Shown in pieces: positions 1 through 8,075 of a stretch of DNA of 42,075 bases. Where the stretch lies: positions 1 to 42,075 of IMG/VR virus record IMGVR_UViG_3300048670_000359, one strand, 5' to 3'. Origin of the DNA: a virus (lineage: Duplodnaviria > Caudoviricetes). The notes beneath the pieces are model-generated. The model ran no database searches. It worked only from the letters and a program-made list of their open reading frames with translations, and had not been told where the DNA came from. Every line of letters starts with the position of its first letter. Within the stretch, counting starts at the first letter, position 1. The position numbers and the translations under genes are program-made.

Positions 1-1337
1 GCTGTTGGATAAATGTGTTGGTGATCAGCGCGAGCTGCAAATGTACTTAGCCCCACAACGGCACTTGTAGTCAGCGCAGCGGGGGCAGTGGTAGCAATCC
101 CAGCAATTTGCAAAGTTGAAAGCGCGCCAATTTGCGCTGCTGTTGGGAAAATGTGTTGATGATCTGCTCTTGCAGCAGAAGTTGATACACCAACAACGGC
201 AGTTGATGACAAAGCGGCTGGCGCAGTTGTCGCCAAAGGTGCGCCCCCAGATGCCGCAATAGATGACAGAGCGGTTACTTGGCCTTGAGCATTGATGGAC
301 AGCACAGGAATTTCTGTTGCACTGCCAATGTTGCTCTGGGCAGTGGTAAGCGAAGCCAACGCAATTGTGCCGCTGCCTGTAATTGTGCCACCGTCAAGTC
401 CAGTTCCGGCAGTGATGCTGGTCACTGTGCCGCCTGCTGTGCCGCTAATTGGAGCAGAGCCAAGTGCGGTGACACGGCCTTTGGCGTCGATGCTTAGCAC
501 GGGCACAACAGTGCTGCTGCCCACGTTGTTCTGAGCAGTTGTAATTGCTGCCAGCGTGCCAGTAACAGTTCCAGGCCCAGTGGCCGTAACGTCACCAGTA
601 AGCCCTGACAGTGCGCCCACCTGAGTTGCCGTTGGATAAGCGTGCTGATGATCTGCGCGAGCGGCAAACGTAGATGTGCCAACCGTTCCAGAAGCAGCAA
701 GTGCAGATGCGGCAGTGGAAGACAAGCCAGCAATCTGGGCTGTCGTAAGAGCTGGATTGGCTGCTGTGGCCAACGAAGTCACTCGACCCTTGTTGTCAAT
801 GCTGATGACAGGGATAACAGTCGATGATCCAATGTTCGACTGCGCAGATGTAATCGGAGTCAGCGAAGGATTAGGGTAATTCCCCATAAGATCCCCGCTG
901 GCTGCTGCTGTAGCTGCCAGTGCGCCAACATTGGCAGCAGTAGGATAGGGATGCTGATGGTCGGCTCGAGCTGCAAATGTGGATGTCCCAGCAACGCCAG
1001 ATGCAGCAAGAGCAGATGCTGCCGTCGATGACAGGCCGGCAATCTGGTTTGTAGTAAGCGCAGGATTGGCTACTGTGGTCAGGTTTGTGACGCGGCCTTT
1101 GGCGTCAACCGTAAGCACGGGAATTGCAGCCCCAGATCCAATGCCAGTCTGTGCAGTGGTAACAGATGCCAGCGTTGGGTTTGGGTAAGTTCCCGTAAGA
1201 TCGCCACCAGCAACTCCGGCTGGATTGCGAAGAATAAGGCCGGTTACCTTCTTGGTAGCGCCACCCTGGACGATTGGAATGAGTTCCGTTCCGTCTACGC
1301 TGGTTGCCGCTGGAAGTGCAGAGATTTTGTCGCCCAT
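1..1337 (-). CDS. 5' part of the long tail fibre gene (duplicate of 38882-40218), truncated by the window edge
   Basis: Identical to the N-terminal part of the 949-aa ORF 37369..40218. Confidence 0.9.
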   Translation of the reverse strand, partial: MGDKISALPAATSVDGTELIPIVQGGATKKVTGLILRNPAGVAGGDLTGTYPNPTLASVTTAQTGIGSGAAIPVLTVDAKGRVTNLTTVANPALTTNQIAGLSSTAASALAASGVAGTSTFAARADHQHPYPTAANVGALAATAAASGDLMGNYPNPSLTPITSAQSNIGSSTVIPVISIDNKGRVTSLATAANPALTTAQIAGLSSTAASALAASGTVGTSTFAARADHQHAYPTATQVGALSGLTGDVTATGPGTVTGTLAAITTAQNNVGSSTVVPVLSIDAKGRVTALGSAPISGTAGGTVTSITAGTGLDGGTITGSGTIALASLTTAQSNIGSATEIPVLSINAQGQVTALSSIAASGGAPLATTAPAALSSTAVVGVSTSAARADHQHIFPTAAQIGALSTLQIAGIATTAPAALTTSAVVGLSTFAARADHQHIYPT

Positions 1338-1338
1338 A

Positions 1339-1542
1339 TTAGCCTGTTATCAAATTAACGCCACTTTCGTTGGTGAGTCTAAATCCAGCTTCGGTTGCCA
1401 GAAAGTCTCCGCCAACTTGTGTAATGGCAATCTTCTTAAACTGGAAGATCTGATTGCTACCAGAAACTTGAATTCTAGCAAAGTTTTTATTAAACGCCTT
1501 TGCAGGATCTTGATTTCGCTTTCTAATGTATTTGGTGATCAT
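1339..1542 (-). CDS. Small putative tail-fibre adaptor protein (67 aa) with C-terminal LxxExGxxLxxExG motif
   Basis: Fills the gap between the adaptor and tail-fibre genes; ends FLATEAGFRLTNESGVNLITG. Confidence 0.65.
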   Translation of the reverse strand: MITKYIRKRNQDPAKAFNKNFARIQVSGSNQIFQFKKIAITQVGGDFLATEAGFRLTNESGVNLITG

Positions 1543-1544
1543 GC

Positions 1545-2741
1545 TTAGTAGGTGTACACCATGTTCATCCGCTGAATCTGGCCCTGCTGGCGAATTAGCA
1601 CATCAATCTGTTGCTGAACAGCAAACTCAGCCATTGCTTCAAGAGAATCAGCTTCTGTACTGCGCCCCTCAGAGCGCATGAAGTCAGCAGACACAGCATT
1701 TACCAAGTATCCCTTAAAGCGGAATGGAATCCCGCTAATTCTCCAGAATGTGCTTGGATTTGCAGGAGCTGTGCCAGCCGTAGTTGTGGTAAAAGTGTTC
1801 CAGAAGTTTCCGGCTACAGGAAGATTCTTGCTGGGCGGGTTGTACGCTGAACTGCCCTGGCCGGGATCGTAGTAGACCTGTGAGCCAGCAGTATAGGCCA
1901 GCGCCGAGTCGTACCGCGTCCCAAAGAGGAAGGGAGCCACTGCCCGCAACAGAACGAACTTCGCGTTGAAGTTTGCAAACCTAAGCACAAACAAATCTTG
2001 GCTCAGAATCTGTGTGGTTGTGGTTATGTTTGTGTCCAAGTCCGGCATGTTCTCCACCGTGTAAGACTCAGCGCGATTGCGTGTTCCGCTGCGTGGATCT
2101 GCTGTCCAACATCCAGTAGCTTGGCCAGAAACCAAGGCAATTGCTTGCCGGTTGTGCACAAACTCAAGGGTAGATCCGCTAATGGCAGTCCATTGAGGAG
2201 TTCCCCATGGGGCCTGAATAGTAATCTCCGTAATGTACGGGTCCGTAGTCGCGTCACCAACAGAATACTCAAACGTGTATTGCTGTGCAGCAGAAGAAAC
2301 CAACTCGCTATCCTCATTCAAAATGAAGAATGGGTTAATGATGTTTACGTTTGATTCACCAATCGTACCTTTTTGCCAAGCCTGTTCGGTAAAATCCCTG
2401 AGGTATATACGCGGATAGTTTGGATCAAGCGTAATAACTACAGGAATGGTATTTTCTGCATTCTGAAAATACAGAGATTCTCCATTTTCCTGAAGCAACT
2501 CATTGCCATTTTCCAACAACACAGGAATCGGAGCAGCAACTACATTGGAAATGCGCGTGCCAGGCCATAGTTGCTGCACTTCTTGAATATCGGGCCAGTC
2601 TTCCCGATCCCAGATCATGCTTAGCCGGCGGTTCGTGAAGTCACGAATGGCTGCAAATGCCTTGTCATTTAGCGTATTCCGATCCAAGCCAATAAGCTGG
2701 CATGACTCTGCTAGAATTGCGCTAAATGGTACTGTCTTCAT
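1545..2741 (-). CDS. Putative head-tail adaptor / tail tubular protein A-like (398 aa) with inserted beta-rich domains
   Basis: Helical N-terminus (FSAILAESCQLIG...NRRLSMIWDREDWP) and C-terminus (IPFRFKGYLVNAVSADF) resemble podovirus adaptors; lies between capsid and fibre genes. Confidence 0.6.
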   Translation of the reverse strand: MKTVPFSAILAESCQLIGLDRNTLNDKAFAAIRDFTNRRLSMIWDREDWPDIQEVQQLWPGTRISNVVAAPIPVLLENGNELLQENGESLYFQNAENTIPVVITLDPNYPRIYLRDFTEQAWQKGTIGESNVNIINPFFILNEDSELVSSAAQQYTFEYSVGDATTDPYITEITIQAPWGTPQWTAISGSTLEFVHNRQAIALVSGQATGCWTADPRSGTRNRAESYTVENMPDLDTNITTTTQILSQDLFVLRFANFNAKFVLLRAVAPFLFGTRYDSALAYTAGSQVYYDPGQGSSAYNPPSKNLPVAGNFWNTFTTTTAGTAPANPSTFWRISGIPFRFKGYLVNAVSADFMRSEGRSTEADSLEAMAEFAVQQQIDVLIRQQGQIQRMNMVYTY

Positions 2742-3061
2742 TTACTTGGAGGTGTCCACCCTACACTGATTTCCTTAACGCCGCCACTATTAACCTTGCA
2801 CTCTGGATTGTCACGCAAGAACTCATCCATAAATGCTTTGTCATTCCAGCATCCATATCCGAGTTTCTGGCCCCAAAAGTGGTAAGCGGTGCCCGGAATG
2901 GTGGCTATCTTCTGCCCCAAACCCTCCACAGATTTATGCCGCTCATTATTGAACTTTGCGATCTGCTTGGCCTCGACTCTTGCTTGCACCTTGTTGCGTT
3001 CCCAGCCTTTGCGCAGTTCAGCCTCAAGCTGGCCAACCATGTTTTCTGGAATGCTAATCAT
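2738..3061 (-). CDS. Conserved hypothetical protein downstream of capsid (107 aa), allele A
   Basis: ATGA overlaps at both ends; the second allele (41619..41939) differs mostly at synonymous sites, which indicates coding constraint. Confidence 0.85.
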   Translation of the reverse strand: MISIPENMVGQLEAELRKGWERNKVQARVEAKQIAKFNNERHKSVEGLGQKIATIPGTAYHFWGQKLGYGCWNDKAFMDEFLRDNPECKVNSGGVKEISVGWTPPSK

Positions 3062-3294
3062 ACTTTTGCAATGAAAGTTGTGCCAGCCCCAGGAATCCTT
3101 GGCAACCGTCCCTGTGCATCATAAATGCCACTGTAAGGGTTGATCTTGCTTGGCGGCATCGCTGACCCATCTGTGCCCTCAGGGCCGCTGCTGGCCGGCT
3201 TTCTGTTGGATAGTGCCACTAAGTTGGCAGGGGCTTGCACGCCTGTGTATCGGTGAATCAATTCAGGAATAATAGGAATTGGAAGTACAGTCAT
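3058..3294 (-). CDS. Optional Pro/Gly-rich hypothetical protein (78 aa), absent from the second haplotype
   Basis: The ORF coincides almost exactly with the 231-bp segment missing at 41940-41948; its stop overlaps the next start codon (ATGA). Confidence 0.7.
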   Translation of the reverse strand: MTVLPIPIIPELIHRYTGVQAPANLVALSNRKPASSGPEGTDGSAMPPSKINPYSGIYDAQGRLPRIPGAGTTFIAKV

Positions 3295-3319
3295 AAAAAG
3301 TGACTGCTTACGGCAGTCA
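3295..3319 (-). terminator. Rho-independent terminator-like hairpin downstream of the capsid gene
   Basis: Minus strand reads TGACTGC-CGTAA-GCAGTCA-CTTTTT (7-bp stem followed by a U tract). Confidence 0.7.
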
Positions 3320-3371
3320 ATCGGAATCTAGTTGGTTAAAGACTCAATGTTCTTCGTCTTGATGAAATGCC

Positions 3372-3531
3372 CCCAGTCTCTCCTGAGTGTCACACCATTC
3401 GTGGTTGCAATCCACGCACTATTTGGCTAATGGCCGTGTCTGTGGCAGGTGTCGCAGAAAATGTGCCGTCTCTCCGGCTGTCACACCACTTTCTCAGCAC
3501 CACTTATTGTGCCACAGAACGCAGGTGTCGC
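3372..3531 (-). ncRNA. Tandem two-unit structured RNA motif in the capsid 3' region (units 3465-3531 and 3372-3455)
   Basis: Each unit reads GCGACACCUGC-[variable hairpins]-UGGUGUGACA-[stem/GAGAGA/stem]. The terminal stems differ but both pair (GCCG/CGGC versus CUCAG/CUGGG). Confidence 0.65.
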
Positions 3532-3539
3532 GCAAACTA

Positions 3540-4616
3540 CTAAGCAGCGTTGTAGTCGAACTTGCCGAGACCCAGCGGGTTCCCAACAACCAGACCAGCA
3601 ACAGCTTCAACCAAACGGCCAGGCCCGCCACCGTTGTCCTGAAGCGCAGTGACCTGAGCCACATTGCCACCATAACGGACTTCGATGAGGTTCATGTCAA
3701 GCACAAGACCCTTGAACGCGGTAGGCGTATAGGTCGTGCCAGACACAGTCCCGATGAAGGTCGTGGGATGCAAGCGGACAGTGCCGAAGTCACCCTGGAA
3801 CACGTCCAGCGACTGGATGTAGGTGTCAGCAGCGGCATCACGCTGGAAGGTCTGCACCTTCGTTGCGCCTGCGCCAGTTACGCCTACAGTCGAAGTGGTC
3901 GTCAAGGAGGTAGTTCCAAGCAGGCCGGTGAAGGCGCGCTTGAGGTCCGTCCCAACGATGCAGTCGAAGGAAGTGTAGTGACCAGTCTGATCAAAGATCG
4001 ACTTAAGCAGACCCTGCACAACAGAGTCCGTCAGGGAAGTTCCAAGCGCAGTGCCCGTTCCAACGATGGAAGTCGTAGGAGTACGGAAAATGGAGGGAAT
4101 GTCACCAGGAGTCGGAGTGCCAGTGCCGGCATTGCTGATCCAGGTCTGCGCGCCAGCGGTCCGGTAAGCAGTGGTCTGGTCACCAGTGTCGAGCTGGGAA
4201 ACCTGATTGGAGGTCATCGTGACTTCCATGTCACGCTTGATGCCAGTGATCGCCTTGGCTACGTTGTCGGCCAGTTCATCGCGCACGCCAGCAACATCAG
4301 CGATGTCCTGAGTGAGCTTGGAAACACGGACTGCGCGCCGGTAGATCTGAGCGTAGTTGGCCAACTCAGAACGGTAGCCAACAACGTAGTTGCTGACGCC
4401 AGTCGTGAGGTTGACATCCAAGCCGTCCGGTGTGCCACCAACCTGAGGGGTCGGAAGGCTGTCGGACTGCCAACGGAAGTACATATTGCCAGGCTTGGAG
4501 CCCTTTTTTGCCATCGACGTGAAGGGTGTGTCCTTGGCGTCAACCAAGGCAATCATGTCCATCAAGTCTTCGCGCTTACCGCGCCCCGAGAGATTAGGTT
4601 CAGTTAGAGAAGCCAT
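3540..4616 (-). CDS. Major capsid protein, DUF5309/SU10-MCP-like (358 aa)
   Basis: N-terminal REDLMDMIALVDAKDTPFTSM, FRWQSDSL, NYAQIYRRAVRVS, KRDME and DFGTV motifs; follows the scaffold gene; ends with tandem TAG TAG. Confidence 0.88.
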   Translation of the reverse strand: MASLTEPNLSGRGKREDLMDMIALVDAKDTPFTSMAKKGSKPGNMYFRWQSDSLPTPQVGGTPDGLDVNLTTGVSNYVVGYRSELANYAQIYRRAVRVSKLTQDIADVAGVRDELADNVAKAITGIKRDMEVTMTSNQVSQLDTGDQTTAYRTAGAQTWISNAGTGTPTPGDIPSIFRTPTTSIVGTGTALGTSLTDSVVQGLLKSIFDQTGHYTSFDCIVGTDLKRAFTGLLGTTSLTTTSTVGVTGAGATKVQTFQRDAAADTYIQSLDVFQGDFGTVRLHPTTFIGTVSGTTYTPTAFKGLVLDMNLIEVRYGGNVAQVTALQDNGGGPGRLVEAVAGLVVGNPLGLGKFDYNAA

Positions 4617-4651
4617 AAGATTAATAGAGTTACTGCGTTTTACTGCGTGAA

Positions 4652-5635
4652 CTAAACAAAGTTCATTGCTTTTACCAAGTCGGTTAACCCATCACGACTG
4701 CCACCAGTTTTTGCAAACTGCTGTTTAGCCTTTGTCTGATCCCCGTTAGATTCGCGCATTGGTGGAGCTTTTGTAACACCTGGCTGGGTTGGTGCTCTGC
4801 GAATCGGCTGGCTTTGGGCTTTGCCCTTTGCCTTAGATTCTGCATAAGCTTTTGCTCCCAAAACCATAAGTCCAATAACGTGCTTCCAATCTGCTCTGCG
4901 CTTTCTTAGCTCTGGAAAATCACGGGCAATTTGATGAGCAACTTGATACTCTTCAGTTTCTCGTTTTGTCATCCAAGGAAAATCAGCAAATACCTGCGCG
5001 TCTGCCTGCTCCTGCTGTTGCAGGTAGTTTAGACGAGTAGGAAGCTCAACTTCCTTGCGCTTTATTGCCGTGCGCTTCATTGCTCTGACATCTTTGTCTG
5101 AAAGTTCGTGTTCCGTGCCGTCTGGCAACGTAATCACTCCTCCATCCATGTTGTCTTCGCACCACAACAAGACTTCTACTGCTTTATCGTATTCACTTTT
5201 AACCTGTTCAAAGGAATTAAGTGAATCCGCAAAGTCACTTGGGTCTTGATGCTTTATTGGAACTGCATTCCTTGCGGTCTGCAATTCGTTATGAAGCTGA
5301 GCCAATTGCGCTTTTTGCGCTTCTAATTCGGATTGAGCGGCCTTCTTCGCGGCAACTAATTTGTTGATGCGCTTCTGGACACCCTTAGTCAAAGAACTGT
5401 TATCGTGCTGGTCGGAATCGTCATCAGCCTGCTGATCGTCCTCTGAAGAGGAATCCACTGCTTCTGACTCTCCCTGCTCCTGTGTGGCCGGAGCTGCTGC
5501 TTCCCCCTCGTCAAGGAAGCTGGTCTTCAAGAGATGGCTAAGATCTCTCTCGTCCATTAAGCCGAGTTTTTGAGCAACGGTATTTGATACTGCCTCCTGA
5601 TTACCGGAATCAGGCTGTGCTTCGTTTTCGTTCAT
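4652..5635 (-). CDS. Capsid scaffolding protein (327 aa)
   Basis: Acidic low-complexity N-terminus, GVQKRINKLVA coiled coil, basic Pro-rich C-terminal tail; lies between portal and capsid. Confidence 0.8.
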   Translation of the reverse strand: MNENEAQPDSGNQEAVSNTVAQKLGLMDERDLSHLLKTSFLDEGEAAAPATQEQGESEAVDSSSEDDQQADDDSDQHDNSSLTKGVQKRINKLVAAKKAAQSELEAQKAQLAQLHNELQTARNAVPIKHQDPSDFADSLNSFEQVKSEYDKAVEVLLWCEDNMDGGVITLPDGTEHELSDKDVRAMKRTAIKRKEVELPTRLNYLQQQEQADAQVFADFPWMTKRETEEYQVAHQIARDFPELRKRRADWKHVIGLMVLGAKAYAESKAKGKAQSQPIRRAPTQPGVTKAPPMRESNGDQTKAKQQFAKTGGSRDGLTDLVKAMNFV

Positions 5636-5693
5636 GCGGTTAAGGTCGCAAGTTCCTTATTGATACAATCCAGTAACGCTGGAAGGCCCGTTA
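5635..5693 (-). promoter_or_regulatory. Two tandem hairpin/pseudoknot-like elements in the scaffold 5' UTR
   Basis: TAACG..TCCAG-CGTTA-CTGGA and TAAGG..TGCG-ACCTTAAC-CGCA(TG); each loop is complementary to a 5-mer just upstream. Confidence 0.5.
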
Positions 5694-5699
5694 TTAGCG

Positions 5700-5951
5700 T
5701 TATGCCAAATCTTTTTCTTCAGTCAAGCCATTTAGTTTTAATGCTTCTTGTCTTAATGTTAAAAGTGTTGAGTAAACTAGATTGACGCCATCAGCCTGGC
5801 CACAAGAGTGAACACGATCTTCCCCCTTGTTGTTATTGCCAACCGCTGACATCCAAAGCTGTTCCTGCATCTGTTGGATCGTCTCGATGATCTGATCCCA
5901 CATGTGATTCTTGCCGACAAAGCCGTAAGCTGCGCGTTCTTTTGGAGTCAT
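5700..5951 (-). CDS. Hypothetical protein between portal and scaffold (83 aa)
   Basis: ATG ORF abutting the portal stop codon; helical; occupies a position typical of podovirus head modules. Confidence 0.75.
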   Translation of the reverse strand: MTPKERAAYGFVGKNHMWDQIIETIQQMQEQLWMSAVGNNNKGEDRVHSCGQADGVNLVYSTLLTLRQEALKLNGLTEEKDLA

Positions 5952-5952
5952 A

Positions 5953-8070
5953 TTACTGCCCAGGTTGCTGCTGTATTGGCGTTACTCCTAGCCGTCCAAT
6001 TTGAGCATTTTGCTGCTGGGTAATGCTCATCTGCAAGTTCTTCACATAGTTTTGGAAGAGTTGCTGGAAGTTAGGATCAGATTGCAGAGCCTGCTGAGCT
6101 TTGGGATTATTTTGTATGACCTGCTGGGCAAACTGCATTTTGGTTTGAGCCGCTGGATCTTTTTCCTGATACAAGGCCTCGTTCCCCAGCAACATCATGC
6201 CAATGTCAGTTTGCACATCCTTAAACATTTTCTGAGATGCCTGCTCCTGATTAAGGATAAGCTCACTTGCCATTTCGGGAGCAATGGCCTGAATAAGCAT
6301 TTCAGTAATGCGGTTTGCATTTAGCACGCCACCCGTGTCCATCTGCTTGATCTTGGTTAGAAAATCCACCTTTTGAGCGATGTATTCCTTGTCCATGTTC
6401 ATCACATCAAACCGGACATTGATGTCAAATTCGTTGTGAATCTCAGACAGACTTTGCGGCAGTTGTCCTCCAGTAATGCGCTGAATCTCATCTGCTGGCA
6501 TGTACTGGCAGCACAAGGAGAACATCTGTCGGAACACAGAACGCCATGACAGCAGCCATGAGTTAACCAGTGCCTGCTGAAGCATCTGAGTGACCATGGG
6601 CGGCACTAGCGCGTTAGTAGTGCCAAAGTAAGCCGCGTGCTGCTGCTCGACGCGCTGGATCAGATTAAATGCCACCGTGGGTTCACGGGCCGGTGGCTCC
6701 ATGAACGTGTAATCGTTCTGGTTGGTCACCGGAAGCGATACGCCTGGCCCAATCTTGTTGATTGCACCCACACGCTTGACTACCTTGATCGGAGGCAGCG
6801 TCGAGAATGCGGTGTGGTCGCGAATAGAGTCATGCTGGGCTTTGATCTCATCTTGATCCGTAACTGCCAGCTCTGGAATGCTGCGAGTGTCAGTGATTGC
6901 CCGTCGAAGCTGTTCCCGTCTAAACTCAACAAACGGATACTCCCCATGAGCATAATCAAGCCGTTCATGGATTGCCCAAGAAGAAGAATCTTCCTGTCGA
7001 TTTGATGCCGCCTGTGGGCAGATGACAGTGTAAAAGATTGCTGGAGCGTCTCCATCAAGGCTTTTGGTGTAGCAGTAAACAATCTCCACCATGTTTTGGT
7101 AGTTTACACCGTTGTAAACCATCATGGTGGTGGTCGGCAGCAAGTTGATATTGTAGTAAGTGGTAGATTTGCCAAGCTGTTGCAAAGCACGTTCTACCCA
7201 GTCTGGGTTCCAGCCTTCTGTTGTGATTTTTTCACGCAACTCCACCTCAGACATCCAAGTACGGCGAAAAATTACGCGGGAACGCTGCAAATCTGCTGTT
7301 TCTGGAGGAAAAATAATCTCATCCCAAGGCTTGAGAGCTACAATTTCAGGCAAATTCCTACTGACGTACTCCTCGTCCTTGGTTGTCCTGCCGGTGGCGG
7401 CAAGTTCGCGAACCATGCGCTTAGCATCAGAAGCCTTGAAATCCGGCATGGCTGCTTGCATGATTTCAGCAGCTTGATCAGGGGCACTGACAATAAGCTG
7501 CGGCAACTCCATGAGCACCTGGCTTCCTGACTGCTGTGCCAAACCCATAATCTCCTCCATGGAAATCTCCTGAGTGCGCTTGCTGATGTTTTGCTGCCAG
7601 CCTACAAAGAAGGCACTCCAGCCATACTGAAAAGCGTACTGTGCTGCCAAGGTAGCCTCTTTGTAAAGTTGCTGTGGCATCTTGCAGTCACGAATCCAAC
7701 GAAGAAGCGTAGTGCCAATTTGGCTAACCGGCATATCACTAAGCTCTACTCCAACGGCTTTAATTTCAGCCTTTTGAAAGGCCCCCACAAGCAGAGCGGT
7801 AAGCTCGTTACAGGTAGAGTCAATCAACCTGGCACGGACGTCAGAAGCCCCCTCAAACGGCCAAGCTGGATCTCCTTCTGAACGGTTTTCAGAGTGCTTC
7901 TTGCCGTCATCAGTTTGGCCAGGCCACCGGCAGAAACGAATATTGTCAAACTTGGTGACCAGATTTCCCTGACTGGAGTTGATCATGGCGCGATTATACT
8001 CGCTCAAAAGCTCCCCAACGTGCGGGTTTTTTGACGCAATCGCTAAAACGTCCGTGTTCGTATTGAGCAT
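5953..8070 (-). CDS. Portal protein (705 aa)
   Basis: Directly after terL; AWPFEGASD motif, HGEYPFVEF, Gln-rich C-terminal barrel reminiscent of P22-like portals. Confidence 0.85.
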   Translation of the reverse strand: MLNTNTDVLAIASKNPHVGELLSEYNRAMINSSQGNLVTKFDNIRFCRWPGQTDDGKKHSENRSEGDPAWPFEGASDVRARLIDSTCNELTALLVGAFQKAEIKAVGVELSDMPVSQIGTTLLRWIRDCKMPQQLYKEATLAAQYAFQYGWSAFFVGWQQNISKRTQEISMEEIMGLAQQSGSQVLMELPQLIVSAPDQAAEIMQAAMPDFKASDAKRMVRELAATGRTTKDEEYVSRNLPEIVALKPWDEIIFPPETADLQRSRVIFRRTWMSEVELREKITTEGWNPDWVERALQQLGKSTTYYNINLLPTTTMMVYNGVNYQNMVEIVYCYTKSLDGDAPAIFYTVICPQAASNRQEDSSSWAIHERLDYAHGEYPFVEFRREQLRRAITDTRSIPELAVTDQDEIKAQHDSIRDHTAFSTLPPIKVVKRVGAINKIGPGVSLPVTNQNDYTFMEPPAREPTVAFNLIQRVEQQHAAYFGTTNALVPPMVTQMLQQALVNSWLLSWRSVFRQMFSLCCQYMPADEIQRITGGQLPQSLSEIHNEFDINVRFDVMNMDKEYIAQKVDFLTKIKQMDTGGVLNANRITEMLIQAIAPEMASELILNQEQASQKMFKDVQTDIGMMLLGNEALYQEKDPAAQTKMQFAQQVIQNNPKAQQALQSDPNFQQLFQNYVKNLQMSITQQQNAQIGRLGVTPIQQQPGQ

Positions 8071-8075
8071 ATCCT

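Larger units (their letters stand above)
1..2740. repeat. Terminal overlap copy 1 (same sequence as 38882-41621); circular/concatemeric assembly, unit length 38881 bp
   Basis: Position 1 gctgttggataaatgtg equals position 38882, and the ORF track repeats with a constant offset of 38881. The first difference I noticed is at 2687/41568. Confidence 0.97.

Noticed and set aside
2460-2485. ESLYFQN resembling a TEV protease site (ENLYFQ)
   Set aside because: Imperfect match within the natural LxxExG motif; there is no other sign of engineered sequence.
3372-3531. Mini CRISPR array or tRNA
   Set aside because: Only two units, with split conserved blocks and structured inserts; no cas genes, no cloverleaf and no T-loop consensus.
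3387-4607. 406-aa plus-strand ORF antisense to the capsid gene
   Set aside because: Shadow ORF expected from the biased codon usage of the capsid gene; non-ATG start, no motifs and no expression signals.
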